A stretch of 64,000 nt of DNA from an uncultured Actinomycetota bacterium (GCA_963753435.1 CAVWCF010000001.1:256001-320000); one strand, 5' to 3'; shown: positions 1-12,589, numbered from the stretch's first letter. Numbers and translations are program-made. Notes: generated by a model not told the origin, from the sequence alone.

Positions 1-598
1 TCGTGGCGGGCACCGACCGCGGTTCCTCGGAGTCCCGACCCAGGGATTCCACTGCCAGCGCCACTGCCTGATTCAGCGTCATGCCCGCTGCGTAGGAGTC
101 GGCCAAGACCGCGCTGATGGCCTCCGCGGACCCGCCCATGGCCACGTATCCGGCCTCGTCCCCGACGCTGCCGTCGAAGGTCAACCGGTACATCTGATCC
201 CCAGTGGGATCCGCGCCGACTTCGGCGACGACGATCTCGACCTCGTACGGCTTGTTCGTCTCGGTGAAGATGGTGCCCAGTGTCTGCGCGTAGGCATTGG
301 CAAGCGCGCGGCCGGTGACATCGGAGCGGTCGTAGGAGTAGCCGCGCAGGTCAGCCAAACGGACCCCGGCAACCCGCAGGTTCTCGAACTCGTTGTACTT
401 GCCGACGGCTGCGAAGGCGATCCGGTCGTAGATCTCGGAGATCTTGTGCAAGGCGCTGGAAGGGTTCTCAGCGACGAAGCAGATGCCGTCCGCGTACTGC
501 AGCACCACCACACTGCGGCCGCGGGCGATGCCTTTGCGCGCGTAGTCGGCCTTGTCCTTGATGATCTGCTCGGGAGAGACGTAGAACGGAATCGACAC
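1..598 (-). CDS. prcA: 20S proteasome alpha subunit (3' end outside window)
   Basis: Not in ORF track; manual translation from GTG at 598: [31 protein letters not shown]...[26 protein letters not shown]; directly downstream of prcB. Confidence 0.95.
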   Translation of the reverse strand, partial: MSIPFYVSPEQIIKDKADYARKGIARGRSVVVLQYADGICFVAENPSSALHKISEIYDRIAFAAVGKYNEFENLRVAGVRLADLRGYSYDRSDVTGRALANAYAQTLGTIFTETNKPYEVEIVVAEVGADPTGDQMYRLTFDGSVGDEAGYVAMGGSAEAISAVLADSYAAGMTLNQAVALAVESLGRDSEEPRSVPAT

Positions 599-607
599 GG
601 CTGCCTC

Positions 608-1453
608 TCAGTCCGAGATGGGTGCGTTGGGGCCGCCGGGCCGCTCGAACCGTCCGGAAACGACGTTTTCAACGGTTGCGGCCAGATCCGTGTCGGCCAC
701 GCGGCGGTAGCCGTCGGCACTCACGACCGCCACGACCGGGTAGATGCGCCGAGTCATGTCCGGTCCGCCGGTAGCGGAGTCGTCGTCGGCGGCGTCGTAC
801 AACGCGTGTACGCAGACGGCGATGGCCTCGTTCACGCTCAGGTCGTCCCGGTACAACTTCTTCAAGGAGCCGCGAGCGAAGAACGAGCCGGAGCCGACCG
901 CGTGGAAGTCGTGCTCCTCGTACTTGCCGCCGGTTGCGTCGTAACTGAAGATGCGCCCGCCATCCGCACCCATGTCCCATCCGGCAAAGAGCGGCACGGC
1001 CACGAGGCCCTGCATCGCCAAGGCCAAGTTCCCCCGGATCAGCGAGGCGAGCCGGTTCGCCTTCCCCTCCAAGGACAGTGGCGTCCCCTCGATCTTCTCG
1101 TAGTGCTCCAGCTCGACTTGGAACAACCGGACCAGTTCCACCGCGATACCGGCGGTCCCGGCGATCCCTACGCAGGAGTACTCGTCGGCCGGGAAGACCT
1201 TCTCGATGTCCCGCTGGGCGATGATGTTGCCCATGGTGGCGCGCCGGTCGCCGGCCATCACGACCCCGCCGGGGTATGTCGCGGCCACGATCGTGGTCCC
1301 GTGCGGCACCTCCAACGGCCGCTCGGAGGTGCCCAGCGGGCGATTGGCCGGGAGCAGGTCCGGTGACTGCGCGGCCAGGAAGGCAGTGAAGCTGGAAGAG
1401 CCTGGGATCAGGTAGGCAGATGGCAGCCGCCCATCCGGCGTTCGGTTGCTCAC
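608..1453 (-). CDS. prcB: 20S proteasome beta subunit with propeptide
   Basis: PHG/TTIVA autocleavage site, [13 protein letters not shown] motif; between pup and prcA. Confidence 0.97.
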   Translation of the reverse strand: MSNRTPDGRLPSAYLIPGSSSFTAFLAAQSPDLLPANRPLGTSERPLEVPHGTTIVAATYPGGVVMAGDRRATMGNIIAQRDIEKVFPADEYSCVGIAGTAGIAVELVRLFQVELEHYEKIEGTPLSLEGKANRLASLIRGNLALAMQGLVAVPLFAGWDMGADGGRIFSYDATGGKYEEHDFHAVGSGSFFARGSLKKLYRDDLSVNEAIAVCVHALYDAADDDSATGGPDMTRRIYPVVAVVSADGYRRVADTDLAATVENVVSGRFERPGGPNAPISD

Positions 1454-1456
1454 CGA

Positions 1457-1672
1457 CTACTGCCCACCCTTCTGTACGAACTGGCGCACGAACTCCTCGG
1501 CGTTGGTCTCAAGCACCTCGTCGATCTCATCGAGGATGTCGTCCACCTCCGCGTCGAGGGCTTCCTTGTCTTCCACGCCGCTGGCGGCAGGCGCTTCGGT
1601 GGTCTCCTCGATTTCTTCTTCGGAACGGCCGTGCCGGTGCGAGGCGTGCTGTTGTCCACCGCTGCTGGCCAT
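1457..1672 (-). CDS. pup: Prokaryotic ubiquitin-like protein Pup (C-terminal GGQ)
   Basis: DDILDEIDEVLETNAEEFVRQFVQKGGQ; ATG at 1672 preceded by GAGGGGAG RBS. Confidence 0.97.
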   Translation of the reverse strand: MASSGGQQHASHRHGRSEEEIEETTEAPAASGVEDKEALDAEVDDILDEIDEVLETNAEEFVRQFVQKGGQ

Positions 1673-1721
1673 AGCCACTCCCCTCGTTCGCTGCACCTGA
1701 CCCTATAAGCCGACTCGCCTG

Positions 1722-3221
1722 TCAGCCCGTCAGCGCGGCCACCAGATCGGCGATGTCCGGCGACGTGTCCAGGATGGCTGCAACGTGCGCCTTCGTCCCC
1801 TTGGTGGGTTCCAGGGTTGGGATGCGCTGCAGTGCCGGTTGGCCTGGGACGTCGAAAATCACCGAATCCCAAGAGGCCGCGGTAACCGCCGGGCCGTACT
1901 GGGCCACGCAGCGACCCCGGAAGTACGCGCGAGTGTCCTCAGGCGGACTCGAAACAGCGTCCCGGATGGCCGCATCGTCAAGGAGCCTGCGCACCCGACC
2001 ACGCGCGGCCAGGCGGTGGTAAAGGCCCTTATCGGTCCGGACGTCCGCCCACTGCAAGTCGACCGCGTGCAGTCGCGCATGCGACCAGTCCAGGTCATCC
2101 CGGCGCCGATACCCATCCAGAATCGCCTTCTTGGCGACCCAGTCCAAGTCGCCGACCAAGCGATCCGGGTCGTCCTCCAACTTGGCGAGCACCGACTCCC
2201 ATTCGGTCATGACGGCAGCCGTTTCCGGGTCGACGTCGCTGCCGTAGCGCTCGGCCAGGTACTTGGTGGCTTGCTCCAGGTACTCCAGTTGGATCTGAAT
2301 TGCCGTCGCGGTTCGGCCGGAAGCCAACTCCAGCGGGTGGCGTAGCGAGGGATCGTGCGATACGCGATGAACCTCGTGAACCGGATTCGCCAGCATCACG
2401 TCTGCGGAGAAGAAGCCTTCTTCGATGAGGGTCAAGACCAACGCCGTGGTCCCCATCTTGAGGAACGAAGCGACCTCACACTGGTTGGCGTCGCCGATGA
2501 TGACATGCAGTCGGCGGTACTTCTCCGGGTCGGCGTGGGGCTCGTCGCGGGTGTTGATCAGTGGCCGCTTGAGCGTCGTCTCCAGCCCAACTTCGGTCTC
2601 GAAGAAGTCCGCGCGCTGAGACAACTGGAAGTCGTGCCGGGAGCCGTCTTGTCCCAGCCCGACCCGCCCGGCTCCGGCAAATACCTGGCGGGTGACCAGG
2701 AAGGGGGTCAGCACCCGGACGATGTCGGCGAATGCTGTGGCGCGCTTCATCAGGTAGTTCTCGTGCGTCCCGTAGGAGGCGCCCTTGTTGTCGGTGTTGT
2801 TCTTGTAAAGGTGGATCGCCGGTCCCCCACTGCTTTGCACCGCGGTGGCGGCCTCGGCCATCACGATCTCGCCGGCCTTGTCCCACCGGACGGCGTCCAG
2901 TGGCCCGGTCACTTCCGGCGTGGAGTACTCCGGGTGGGCGTGATCGACGTACAAGCGGGCACCGTTGGTCAGCACGAGGTTGGCAAGTCCGGTGTCTTCG
3001 TCGGTGAGCAGGGCCGGATCAGCGCCCTCGCGGGTCAGGTCGAATCCACGGGCGTCCCGCAGCGGACGTTCCTCCTCGTAGTCCCATCGCAGCGCGGCCT
3101 GATGGGCAACCGCGTAAGCGGTGACGATCCGGGTGCTGGCCGTCATGTGGTTGACGTCCGGCTGACCGGGCACGGAGATGCCGTACTCCGTTTCCAGGCC
3201 CATGACTCGGCGCGCTGTCAT
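1722..3221 (-). CDS. dop: Pup deamidase/depupylase Dop
   Basis: MGLETEYGI, LTNGARLYVDHAHPEYSTPE, YKNNTDNKGASYGTHENY, AASWDSVIFD; start set at ATG 3221, 6 nt after TACTCT. Confidence 0.95.
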   Translation of the reverse strand: MTARRVMGLETEYGISVPGQPDVNHMTASTRIVTAYAVAHQAALRWDYEEERPLRDARGFDLTREGADPALLTDEDTGLANLVLTNGARLYVDHAHPEYSTPEVTGPLDAVRWDKAGEIVMAEAATAVQSSGGPAIHLYKNNTDNKGASYGTHENYLMKRATAFADIVRVLTPFLVTRQVFAGAGRVGLGQDGSRHDFQLSQRADFFETEVGLETTLKRPLINTRDEPHADPEKYRRLHVIIGDANQCEVASFLKMGTTALVLTLIEEGFFSADVMLANPVHEVHRVSHDPSLRHPLELASGRTATAIQIQLEYLEQATKYLAERYGSDVDPETAAVMTEWESVLAKLEDDPDRLVGDLDWVAKKAILDGYRRRDDLDWSHARLHAVDLQWADVRTDKGLYHRLAARGRVRRLLDDAAIRDAVSSPPEDTRAYFRGRCVAQYGPAVTAASWDSVIFDVPGQPALQRIPTLEPTKGTKAHVAAILDTSPDIADLVAALTG

Positions 3222-3319
3222 GCGGCCAGAGTAGGGCGCAGGAGACGCTCCCGGCGTCGTGCACGCCCGGGGTGCCGGCCAAACCACTCCCCGGAGGGCA
3301 CGAATTACAGCCGGTACTC

Positions 3320-4984
3320 CTACAGGTACTGACCGGTGTTGGCGACGGTATCGATCGACCGCCCGGGCTCGGAGCCCTGTTTGGACTGCACCAGAGTTCG
3401 GATGAACACGATCCGTTCCCCCTTCTTGCCGGAGATGCGGGCCCAGTCGTCCGGGTTGGTCGTGTTGGGCAGGTCCTCGTTCTCCTTGAACTCATCCACG
3501 CACGCATCCAGCAGGTGTTGGACCCGGATGCCCTTCTGACCGGTGTCCAAGAAGTTCTTGATCGCGCTCTTCTTGGCCCGGGCGACGATGTTCTCCAGCA
3601 TCGCTCCGGAGTTGAAGTCCTTGAAGTACAGGACCTCCTTGTCACCGCCGGCGTAGGTGACCTCCAGGAAACGGTTCTCCTCGGACTCGGTGTACATACG
3701 CTCGACCGCCCGTTGGATCATCCCGGACACGGTGGCGTCGCGGTCCCCGCCGTGCTCGCCGAGGTCGTCTGGGTGCAGCGGTAGTTCCGAGATCAGGTAC
3801 TTGGACAAGATCTCGCGGGCGGCTTCGGCGTCGGGCCGCTCGATCTTGATCTTCACGTCCAGCCGACCGGGTCGCAGGATCGCGGGGTCGATCATGTCTT
3901 CACGGTTGGAAGCACCGATGACAATCACGTTTTCCAGGCCCTCGACGCCGTCGATCTCCGACAGCAACTGCGGCACGATGGTGTTCTCCACGTCGCTGGA
4001 AACACCCGAGCCGCGGGTTCGGAACAGCGCATCCATCTCGTCGAAGAACACGATCACCGGGTGCCCGCCGCTGGCCTTCTCCCGCGCCCGCTGGAACACC
4101 AGCCGGATGTGCCGTTCGGTCTCCCCCACGTACTTGTTCAGCAACTCCGGGCCTTTGATGTTCAGAAAGAAGGAGCGGGCCTCGGAGTGGCCTTCCCGTT
4201 CGGCGACGTTCTTGGCCAGGGAGTTGGCGACCGCTTTGGCGATCAAGGTCTTGCCGCATCCAGGCGGCCCATACAGGAGCACACCCTTTGGCGCAGCAAG
4301 TCGATGTTCGGCGAACAGGCCGGCGTGCAGGTAGGGCAACTCCACCGCGTCCCGGATCTGTTCGATCTGGCCGCTCAGCCCACCAATGTCGGCGTAATCA
4401 ATGTCCGGAACTTCCTCAAGGACCAGTTCCTCGACCTCAGCCTTGGGGATGCGCTCAAACGCGTACCCCGAACGGGAGTCGATCATCACCGAGTCGCCGG
4501 CCCGAAGCGTCGTGGGGTCGATCGTGTCCGCGAGGCGGATGACCCGTTCCTCGTCCGCGTGCGCAATGACCAGCGCCCGCTGCCGATCCTCGAGGATCTC
4601 CTTGAACATCACTACTTCGCCGACCTGCTCGAACTGCATGGCGGCGATCACGTTCATCGCTTCGTTGAGCATTACCTCCTGGCCGCGGCGCAGCTCATCG
4701 ACCTCGACCTCGGGACTGACGGCGACGCGTAGCTTGCGGCCCTGGCTGACCACGTCCACTGATTCGTCGTCGTGACGCTGCAAGAAGATTGCGAAGCCGG
4801 AGGGCGGCTGTGCGAGCTTGTCCACCTGCTCCTTGAGCGCCACGATCTGGTCACGCGCCTCGCGCAGGGTGTCGGCCAGCCGCCGGTTCTGCGCGGTCAC
4901 ATCTGCCAACTCGTTCTGCAGCGCGCTCAGTTGATCCGTGAGTCGTGCCTGGCGCGCGTCTGACCCCGGTTCGTCGGTCGCCAT
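3320..4984 (-). CDS. arc: Proteasome-associated AAA+ ATPase ARC/Mpa
   Basis: N-terminal coiled coil, GPPGCGKT Walker A, VFFDEMD Walker B, C-terminal GQYL. Confidence 0.97.
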   Translation of the reverse strand: MATDEPGSDARQARLTDQLSALQNELADVTAQNRRLADTLREARDQIVALKEQVDKLAQPPSGFAIFLQRHDDESVDVVSQGRKLRVAVSPEVEVDELRRGQEVMLNEAMNVIAAMQFEQVGEVVMFKEILEDRQRALVIAHADEERVIRLADTIDPTTLRAGDSVMIDSRSGYAFERIPKAEVEELVLEEVPDIDYADIGGLSGQIEQIRDAVELPYLHAGLFAEHRLAAPKGVLLYGPPGCGKTLIAKAVANSLAKNVAEREGHSEARSFFLNIKGPELLNKYVGETERHIRLVFQRAREKASGGHPVIVFFDEMDALFRTRGSGVSSDVENTIVPQLLSEIDGVEGLENVIVIGASNREDMIDPAILRPGRLDVKIKIERPDAEAAREILSKYLISELPLHPDDLGEHGGDRDATVSGMIQRAVERMYTESEENRFLEVTYAGGDKEVLYFKDFNSGAMLENIVARAKKSAIKNFLDTGQKGIRVQHLLDACVDEFKENEDLPNTTNPDDWARISGKKGERIVFIRTLVQSKQGSEPGRSIDTVANTGQYL

Positions 4985-5084
4985 CTCCGGCCTCCTCGCT
5001 GCCGCGTCGAATTGACCATACCGACGAGTAGCGGCTCGGGCGCGTTCCAGTTGGACGTGTCGTTGCGGCCGCTACGTCTGACGT

Positions 5085-7069
<1,985 letters not shown>

Positions 7070-7126
7070 GGCTCAACCGTATGCGCGCACGGGTCCTGTT
7101 GCCGGACACGTTGCGCTGGACGGGTC

Positions 7127-7148
7127 TGTCGGCACCCGTGGCTAGGGT
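7127..7148 (+). promoter_or_regulatory. PafBC-dependent (RecA-NDp) DNA-damage promoter
   Basis: TGTCGG-N10-TAGGGT matches TGTCGG-N10-TANNNT; GTG start follows 6 nt later. Confidence 0.8.
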
Positions 7149-7154
7149 CCCTGC

Positions 7155-8000
7155 GTGATCAGCTCGCTGTCTCCGTCCCGTGCCGCGGACTTCAAGCAGT
7201 GCCCGCTGCTGTACCGGTTCCGGGTCATTGACCGCATCCCGGAACCGCCCAGCCCTGCGGCCACCAGAGGCACGCTGGTTCATGCCGTGCTTGAGCAGTT
7301 GTTTGATGAACCGGGTCCGGAACGAACGCTGGAAACCGCCGCCGCAATGCTGGCGCCGGTATGGGGTCAGCTCCGCAGCGATGAGCCGCAATTGGCGGAT
7401 CTGTTCGCCGATCAGGCCACGGAGCAGGAGTGGTTGGCCAGCGCCGCCGATCTGTTGGCCGCCTACTTCGAGTTGGAGGACCCCGCCGCATTGGAGCCGG
7501 CCGAGCGCGAACTGTCCGTTGAGGCTGAACTCGATGACGGCCTGTTGCTACGGGGATTCGTGGATCGCCTCGACGTGGCCGCGGACGGGCGCACCCGAGT
7601 CGTTGACTACAAGACCGGGCGCTCGCCCAGGGACGGGTTCGAGACCAAGGCGATGTTCCAGATGCGGTTCTACGCATTGGTCCTTTGGCGCCAGACGGGG
7701 CGGGTACCAAGCCTCCTGCAACTCATGTATCTGGCCAACGGCGAGGTCCTGCGCTACGAACCGGATGAAGCCGACCTGCTGGCGACCGAGCGGCAGCTGC
7801 GCGCCATCTGGAACGCGATTCGGTCCGCGGAGGAGTCCGGTGACTTCCGGCCCAGCCCGTCGCGCCTTTGCGACTGGTGTGAGCACAAGGAACGGTGCCC
7901 GGCGTTCGGCGGCACGCCGCCGCCCATGCCGATCGCTCCCCCGACGGCCCCGAACGGCGACGATTCGCCGTCGCCCTATCTACCTGTGGAACAGATCTGA
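7155..8000 (+). CDS. RecB-family PD-(D/E)XK nuclease (Rv2119-like)
   Basis: LSPSRAADFKQCP, GTLVH, GFVDRLD, VVDYKTG, CDWC...CP Cys set. Confidence 0.9.
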   Translation: MISSLSPSRAADFKQCPLLYRFRVIDRIPEPPSPAATRGTLVHAVLEQLFDEPGPERTLETAAAMLAPVWGQLRSDEPQLADLFADQATEQEWLASAADLLAAYFELEDPAALEPAERELSVEAELDDGLLLRGFVDRLDVAADGRTRVVDYKTGRSPRDGFETKAMFQMRFYALVLWRQTGRVPSLLQLMYLANGEVLRYEPDEADLLATERQLRAIWNAIRSAEESGDFRPSPSRLCDWCEHKERCPAFGGTPPPMPIAPPTAPNGDDSPSPYLPVEQI

Positions 8001-8064
8001 GTTAACCGCCGCTTCATCTGTGCGCAGTAAGGTTCGACGTTCACGCAACCACAGGGAGTCAGCC

Positions 8065-8814
8065 GTGGCGGACACGCTCGTACAGCCAGCCGTGAGAGCC
8101 GAGGCGCTAACGAAGGTGTACGGGTCCGGCGAGACCGAGGTAGTTGCGTTGGCGGGCGTAACCCTCAGCCTCGAGCAGGGCGGGTTCACCGCGATCATGG
8201 GGCCTTCCGGCTCCGGCAAGTCCACGTTGATGCACTGCCTAGCGGGGTTGGACCGCCCAACCGACGGTCAAGTGTGGGTGGGCGACGTGGCCTTGGTCGG
8301 ACTCAACGACAACGAGGTCACCAAGTTGCGTCGGGATCGGGTCGGGTTCGTGTTCCAAAGCTTCAACCTGGTGCCTACGTTGACAGCCGGGGAGAACATC
8401 ACCCTGCCACTGGACATCGCCGGTCGTGCCCCGGACCAGGAGTGGGTGGACACGGTCATCGCTGCGATCGGCCTCGGCGACCGCTTGGATCACCGGCCGT
8501 CGGAGTTGTCCGGGGGCCAGCAGCAGCGGGTCGCCTGTGCGCGCGCGCTCGCCAGCCGTCCTGACGTGATCTTTGCCGATGAGCCCACCGGCAACCTGGA
8601 CTCCCGTTCCGGCTTGGAAGTTCTGAAACTGTTGCGCCGCTCCGTAGATGAGCTGGGGCAAACCGTGGTCATGGTGACGCACGATGCCAACGCTGCAGCA
8701 CACGCGGATCGCGTCCTGTTCCTCGCCGACGGGCAACTCGTTCACTCGATCGACTCCCCTACTGCGGAGCAGATCTTGGAGCACATGCTGGTCCTCGACG
8801 GCGACGCAAACTGA
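8065..8814 (+). CDS. ABC transporter ATP-binding protein (LolD/MacB type)
   Basis: GPSGSGKS, LSGGQQQR, ADEPTGNLD; GTG 8065 after GGGAG; the track's 544-aa version is over-extended. Confidence 0.92.
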   Translation: MADTLVQPAVRAEALTKVYGSGETEVVALAGVTLSLEQGGFTAIMGPSGSGKSTLMHCLAGLDRPTDGQVWVGDVALVGLNDNEVTKLRRDRVGFVFQSFNLVPTLTAGENITLPLDIAGRAPDQEWVDTVIAAIGLGDRLDHRPSELSGGQQQRVACARALASRPDVIFADEPTGNLDSRSGLEVLKLLRRSVDELGQTVVMVTHDANAAAHADRVLFLADGQLVHSIDSPTAEQILEHMLVLDGDAN

Positions 8815-8815
8815 C

Positions 8816-11338
8816 GTGCTGCGCATAGCTTGGCGGAGTCTGGGCGCGCATAAGTTGCGCATGGCCCTGTCGCTGCTTGCCGTCGTGCTTGGGGTGGCTT
8901 TCGTCGCGGGCACCTTGGTCTTCACCGACACGCTGCGCAGCACGTTCGAGGAATTGTTCGGGCAGACCGAGACCGACGTAGTCGTTACGCCGACCCAGGA
9001 GTTCGTCAACGAGAACATCACCGGGACCATCCCTGACTCGGTCCGCGCAGACGTCGCCGAGGTGGACGGCGTTGCTCGCGTAGTTGCGATCGTGCAGACC
9101 AACGGCGTGACGATCATCGACGCCGAAGGTGACCCCGTGGGGACGCTGGGCGCCCCCAACTTCGGTGTTACCTGGAACGACGATGAGCAACTGTCGCCGT
9201 TGCGGCTGGTTGACGGTCGCGGTCCGACCACCCCTAGCGAGGTGGCAATCGACTCCCAGTCCGCGGAGTCGGGGTCCATCAGCGTGGGCGATCGAATCAG
9301 GTTGGTGACTCCGGGGCCCTTGCTGGAAAGCACCGTTGTCGGGATCTTCCGGTTCGGCACGAGCGGCAACCTGGCCGGGGCCACGCTCGCCGCATTCGAG
9401 CCCGCCTACTCACAGGAGCTGTTGACCGCCCCCGGGGAATGGACCGAGATTTCGGCGCTGGGCGAAGAAGGCGTGTCGCAAGAGGAGTTGGCTGAGCGGG
9501 TCCGCGCAGTGGTTCCCAGCGACTATCAGGTCCAGACGGGCCAGGAAGCCGAGGACGAGGCGGCGGCGCAGTTGTCTGAGGGGTTGGCGTTCTTCAACGT
9601 GTTCCTCCTGGTCTTCGCGCTGATCGCGCTATTCGTGGGCACGTTCCTGATCCTCAACACCTTCTCGATGCTGGTTGCTCAGCGAACCAAGGAGTTGGCC
9701 CTGTTGCGCGCCCTGGGGGCCAACCGCCGGCAGGTGACCACCTCGTTGCTGGTCGAAGCAGCCATTGTCGGACTGCTCGGCGGGGCACTTGGGCTGCTTC
9801 TGGGCGTGGGCCTGGCTGTCGGATTGCAGGGGCTCTTTGGTGCCATCGGTCTGGAGATTCCGTCCAGCGGCCTGATCATCCAATGGCAGACGATCGCCAT
9901 CGGGCTCGTGCTGGGCGTGGTGGTAACGGTGGTGGCCGCGCTGCTGCCGGCGTTGCGCGCTGCCCGCGTGCCCCCGGTGGCCGCTATGCGCGATGACCTG
10001 GTGCTGCCGACACGGTCGCTTCGCGTGCGGACAGTGATCGGGATCGTCCTGATTTCCCTTGCGGTCCTCGGTGCGGTCGGCGGAGTCGCCAGCGCCGGCG
10101 ACTCCGGCTCCCGAGCGTCAGCGTTCGTCGGCTTGGGTGCCCTACTTGGCCTGGTGGGAGCCATCGTGCTGTCGCCGGCGTTGTCCGGGCCGGTGGTCGC
10201 GGTTCTGGGCTGGCCCTGGCGCCGCAGCATGGTTGGCCGACTGGCCACCGGCAACGCCCGCCGCAATCGACGTCGGACGGCAACCACCGCATCCGCCCTG
10301 ATGATCGGTCTGACACTGGTCAGCGCTATCGGCGTTCTAGGTGCGTCGACCACGGCCTCGACTGATGCAACCGTCGACGACGTCCTCGGGGCGGACTTCA
10401 TCATCACCAGTCGCACGTTCCAGCCGTTTACGACCGAGGTGAGCACCAAGGCCGCGCAGGTGCCCGGCGTGGAAACCGTTTCCACCGTCCTGATAGAGCC
10501 GGCGCAGGTGAACGGTTCTGGGGCCGACATCGTCGGTATCCAGGCGGAGTCGGTCAACGACGTCCTGGCCGTCGAGGTAATCGAAGGCACTCTGGAATCG
10601 GTTGACGACGGTGACCTGATCGTGGACAGCACCACCGCTGCTGACGCGAATGTCGCGGTCGGGGACACCGTGGATGTGCTGTGGCAGGGCGGCCCGGAGC
10701 AGTATCGAATCGGCGGCGTATACGAGGCCGGGCCGTTGTTTTCCGGTTTCGTAGGAGCTCGCGAGACGCTCGTGGCCGCCGGAGCCCGGGACCAGGACTT
10801 CCAAGTGCTCATCACCGCCGAGCCCGCCGCCGACATAGTGCAGGTGCGCGCGGGCCTGGACGCCGTCGTGGAGCAGTACCCCACGGTGCAAATTCAAGAC
10901 CAGACCGAGTTCAAGGAGCAGATCCGCGCGCAGATCAACCAGTTGCTGTTCATCGTTTACGCCCTGCTCGGTCTGGCCGTAGTCATTGCGATCCTGGGGA
11001 TCGTCAACACGTTGGCACTATCGGTCGTGGAACGAACGCGTGAGATCGGCCTTCTGCGTGCCATCGGCATCAGCCGTGGCCAACTGCGGTCCACGATCCG
11101 GATCGAGTCGTTGCTTATCGCTGTCTACGGGGCGGTCTTGGGCGTCGTGCTGGGTGTCACCTTCGGCGCGTTGCTGCAGCGAGCCCTATCCGGCTCCGGC
11201 ATCACCGAACTGGCTATCCCGTGGACGTTGCTGATCGTCGTTCTGGTGCTCGCCGCCGTCGTTGGCGTGATTGCGGCGGTCTGGCCGGCGCGACGTGCCG
11301 CGAAACTGGACATCCTGCAGGCGATCGCAACGGAGTGA
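8816..11338 (+). CDS. FtsX/MacB-like ABC permease, duplicated (about 840 aa)
   Basis: QRTKELALLRALGA and ERTREIGLLRAIG FtsX repeats with two extracytoplasmic domains. Confidence 0.92.
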   Translation: MLRIAWRSLGAHKLRMALSLLAVVLGVAFVAGTLVFTDTLRSTFEELFGQTETDVVVTPTQEFVNENITGTIPDSVRADVAEVDGVARVVAIVQTNGVTIIDAEGDPVGTLGAPNFGVTWNDDEQLSPLRLVDGRGPTTPSEVAIDSQSAESGSISVGDRIRLVTPGPLLESTVVGIFRFGTSGNLAGATLAAFEPAYSQELLTAPGEWTEISALGEEGVSQEELAERVRAVVPSDYQVQTGQEAEDEAAAQLSEGLAFFNVFLLVFALIALFVGTFLILNTFSMLVAQRTKELALLRALGANRRQVTTSLLVEAAIVGLLGGALGLLLGVGLAVGLQGLFGAIGLEIPSSGLIIQWQTIAIGLVLGVVVTVVAALLPALRAARVPPVAAMRDDLVLPTRSLRVRTVIGIVLISLAVLGAVGGVASAGDSGSRASAFVGLGALLGLVGAIVLSPALSGPVVAVLGWPWRRSMVGRLATGNARRNRRRTATTASALMIGLTLVSAIGVLGASTTASTDATVDDVLGADFIITSRTFQPFTTEVSTKAAQVPGVETVSTVLIEPAQVNGSGADIVGIQAESVNDVLAVEVIEGTLESVDDGDLIVDSTTAADANVAVGDTVDVLWQGGPEQYRIGGVYEAGPLFSGFVGARETLVAAGARDQDFQVLITAEPAADIVQVRAGLDAVVEQYPTVQIQDQTEFKEQIRAQINQLLFIVYALLGLAVVIAILGIVNTLALSVVERTREIGLLRAIGISRGQLRSTIRIESLLIAVYGAVLGVVLGVTFGALLQRALSGSGITELAIPWTLLIVVLVLAAVVGVIAAVWPARRAAKLDILQAIATE

Positions 11339-11342
11339 GCGC

Positions 11343-12317
11343 GTGGTAAGTGAAGCTGCAGTTGTGCCCGCCCTGGGGCCCAGCTCTCGTCTCCGCTACC
11401 CGGTGCTGGCGGCCTGGGCCGCGGCATTCGGCCTGTTCGTGGCCGTTCGGGGCATCCCCCTGGACCGCGGCTGGCAGACGGTATGGGTGATCAGCGGGCT
11501 GCTGGCGTTGCGGGTCGGCTATCCGTGGGCCGACAAGGGCCGCATCGTCTTGGACTGGCTGCCCTTCCTGGCCTTGCTGTATCTGTACGACTACAGCAGA
11601 GGCCTGGCCGACGGGCTGGGGATGCCGGTGCACGTCAGCGATCTCCTCGCCACGGAGAAGGCCCTCTTCGGCGGCGAAGTGCCAACCATCTGGCTCCAGG
11701 ACCGCTTCTACGAGCCCGGCGTCGTCCAGTGGTATGACGTAGCCAACTCCCTTGTCTATTTCTCGCACTTCTTCGCGGTCTTCGCCATCGCCGCGGTGCT
11801 GTACGCGCGCAACCGGGAACTCTGGTTGCAGTGGGTCAGGCGGATCCTGGCGCTGTCCTTCGCGGCGCTGGTCACCTACGTGCTGCTCCCAGCCGCTCCG
11901 CCGTGGTTCGCCGCGGAGGCCGGCCTGACCGAGCCCGTGGCCCGGATCAGCAACCTCGGCTGGACTGCTCTCGGGCTGGAGGGCGCCGGTTCACTGATCG
12001 AGCGCGGACAGGCCGACGTGAATCTGGTCGCCGCCGTCCCGTCGCTGCACACCGGCTTCTCGGTGCTCATCTGCGCCTTCTTCATCACCCGGGTTCCCAA
12101 CTGGGCCAAGCCCCTGCTTGTGGCCTATCCGACTGCCATGGTGGTCACGCTGGTCTACTCCGGCGAGCACTACGTCGTGGACGCGCTCCTCGGTGTTGTC
12201 TACGTGCTGCTGGTCATGTGGGGGGTCGGCGCGTGGGAGCGCCGCCGGAGGCAAGCGGAATCAGCCGACGGACCCGGGGATGCTCAGGAGCCGACGGGGG
12301 TTGCGTCGGAAGTGTGA
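11343..12317 (+). CDS. PAP2-superfamily membrane phosphotransferase (AUR1/IPC-synthase-like)
   Basis: YFSHF, PAAPPW, AAVPSLH, GEHYVVD motifs; multi-TM. Confidence 0.82.
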   Translation: MVSEAAVVPALGPSSRLRYPVLAAWAAAFGLFVAVRGIPLDRGWQTVWVISGLLALRVGYPWADKGRIVLDWLPFLALLYLYDYSRGLADGLGMPVHVSDLLATEKALFGGEVPTIWLQDRFYEPGVVQWYDVANSLVYFSHFFAVFAIAAVLYARNRELWLQWVRRILALSFAALVTYVLLPAAPPWFAAEAGLTEPVARISNLGWTALGLEGAGSLIERGQADVNLVAAVPSLHTGFSVLICAFFITRVPNWAKPLLVAYPTAMVVTLVYSGEHYVVDALLGVVYVLLVMWGVGAWERRRRQAESADGPGDAQEPTGVASEV

Positions 12318-12469
12318 TCCTCGGCGTGTTTGGCGCGGAACTGCTCCAGCGCCTCATCGTCTTCGCAACTGGAGTGCAGGAACACCTCCCCACACCACTG
12401 GCAGATGACCTCGACGATCCCGCGGTCCCCGCGCGACTGCTCAGGTACCGGCCCCTTGGTAGTCAGCAT
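12284..12469 (-). CDS. 61-aa putative zinc-binding protein (CxxC...HxxxH)
   Basis: SD-like AAGGTGATC just before ATG; high GC3; CQWC...HAEDH; upstream DevR-type box. Confidence 0.65.
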   Translation of the reverse strand: MLTTKGPVPEQSRGDRGIVEVICQWCGEVFLHSSCEDDEALEQFRAKHAEDHTSDATPVGS

Positions 12470-12523
12470 CCGGATCACCTTCTTCGCCGACCCATGCTTA
12501 TCGCAGCCCGGTTGGATTCGGAA

Positions 12524-12537
12524 GGGACCGAAGTCAC
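12524..12537. promoter_or_regulatory. DevR/DosR-type box
   Basis: GGGAC-CGAA-GTCAC vs consensus core GGGAC-N4-GTCCC; centre about -43.5 from a non-canonical minus-strand -10 (AAGCAT 12499-12494). Confidence 0.6.
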
Positions 12538-12589
12538 CCCAACACCAGGGGCACCAGGGGCGCCGACTATCGGGCGTCCAGTTGCGTGG

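Noticed and set aside
7155-8000. Cas4-like nuclease as a sign of CRISPR
   Set aside because: No repeats or other cas genes; standard solo nuclease beside the proteasome locus.
7180-8064. Long N-terminal extension of the ABC ATPase ORF overlapping the nuclease in another frame
   Set aside because: Arg/Pro/Ser-rich shadow frame; the real start has its own RBS at 8065.
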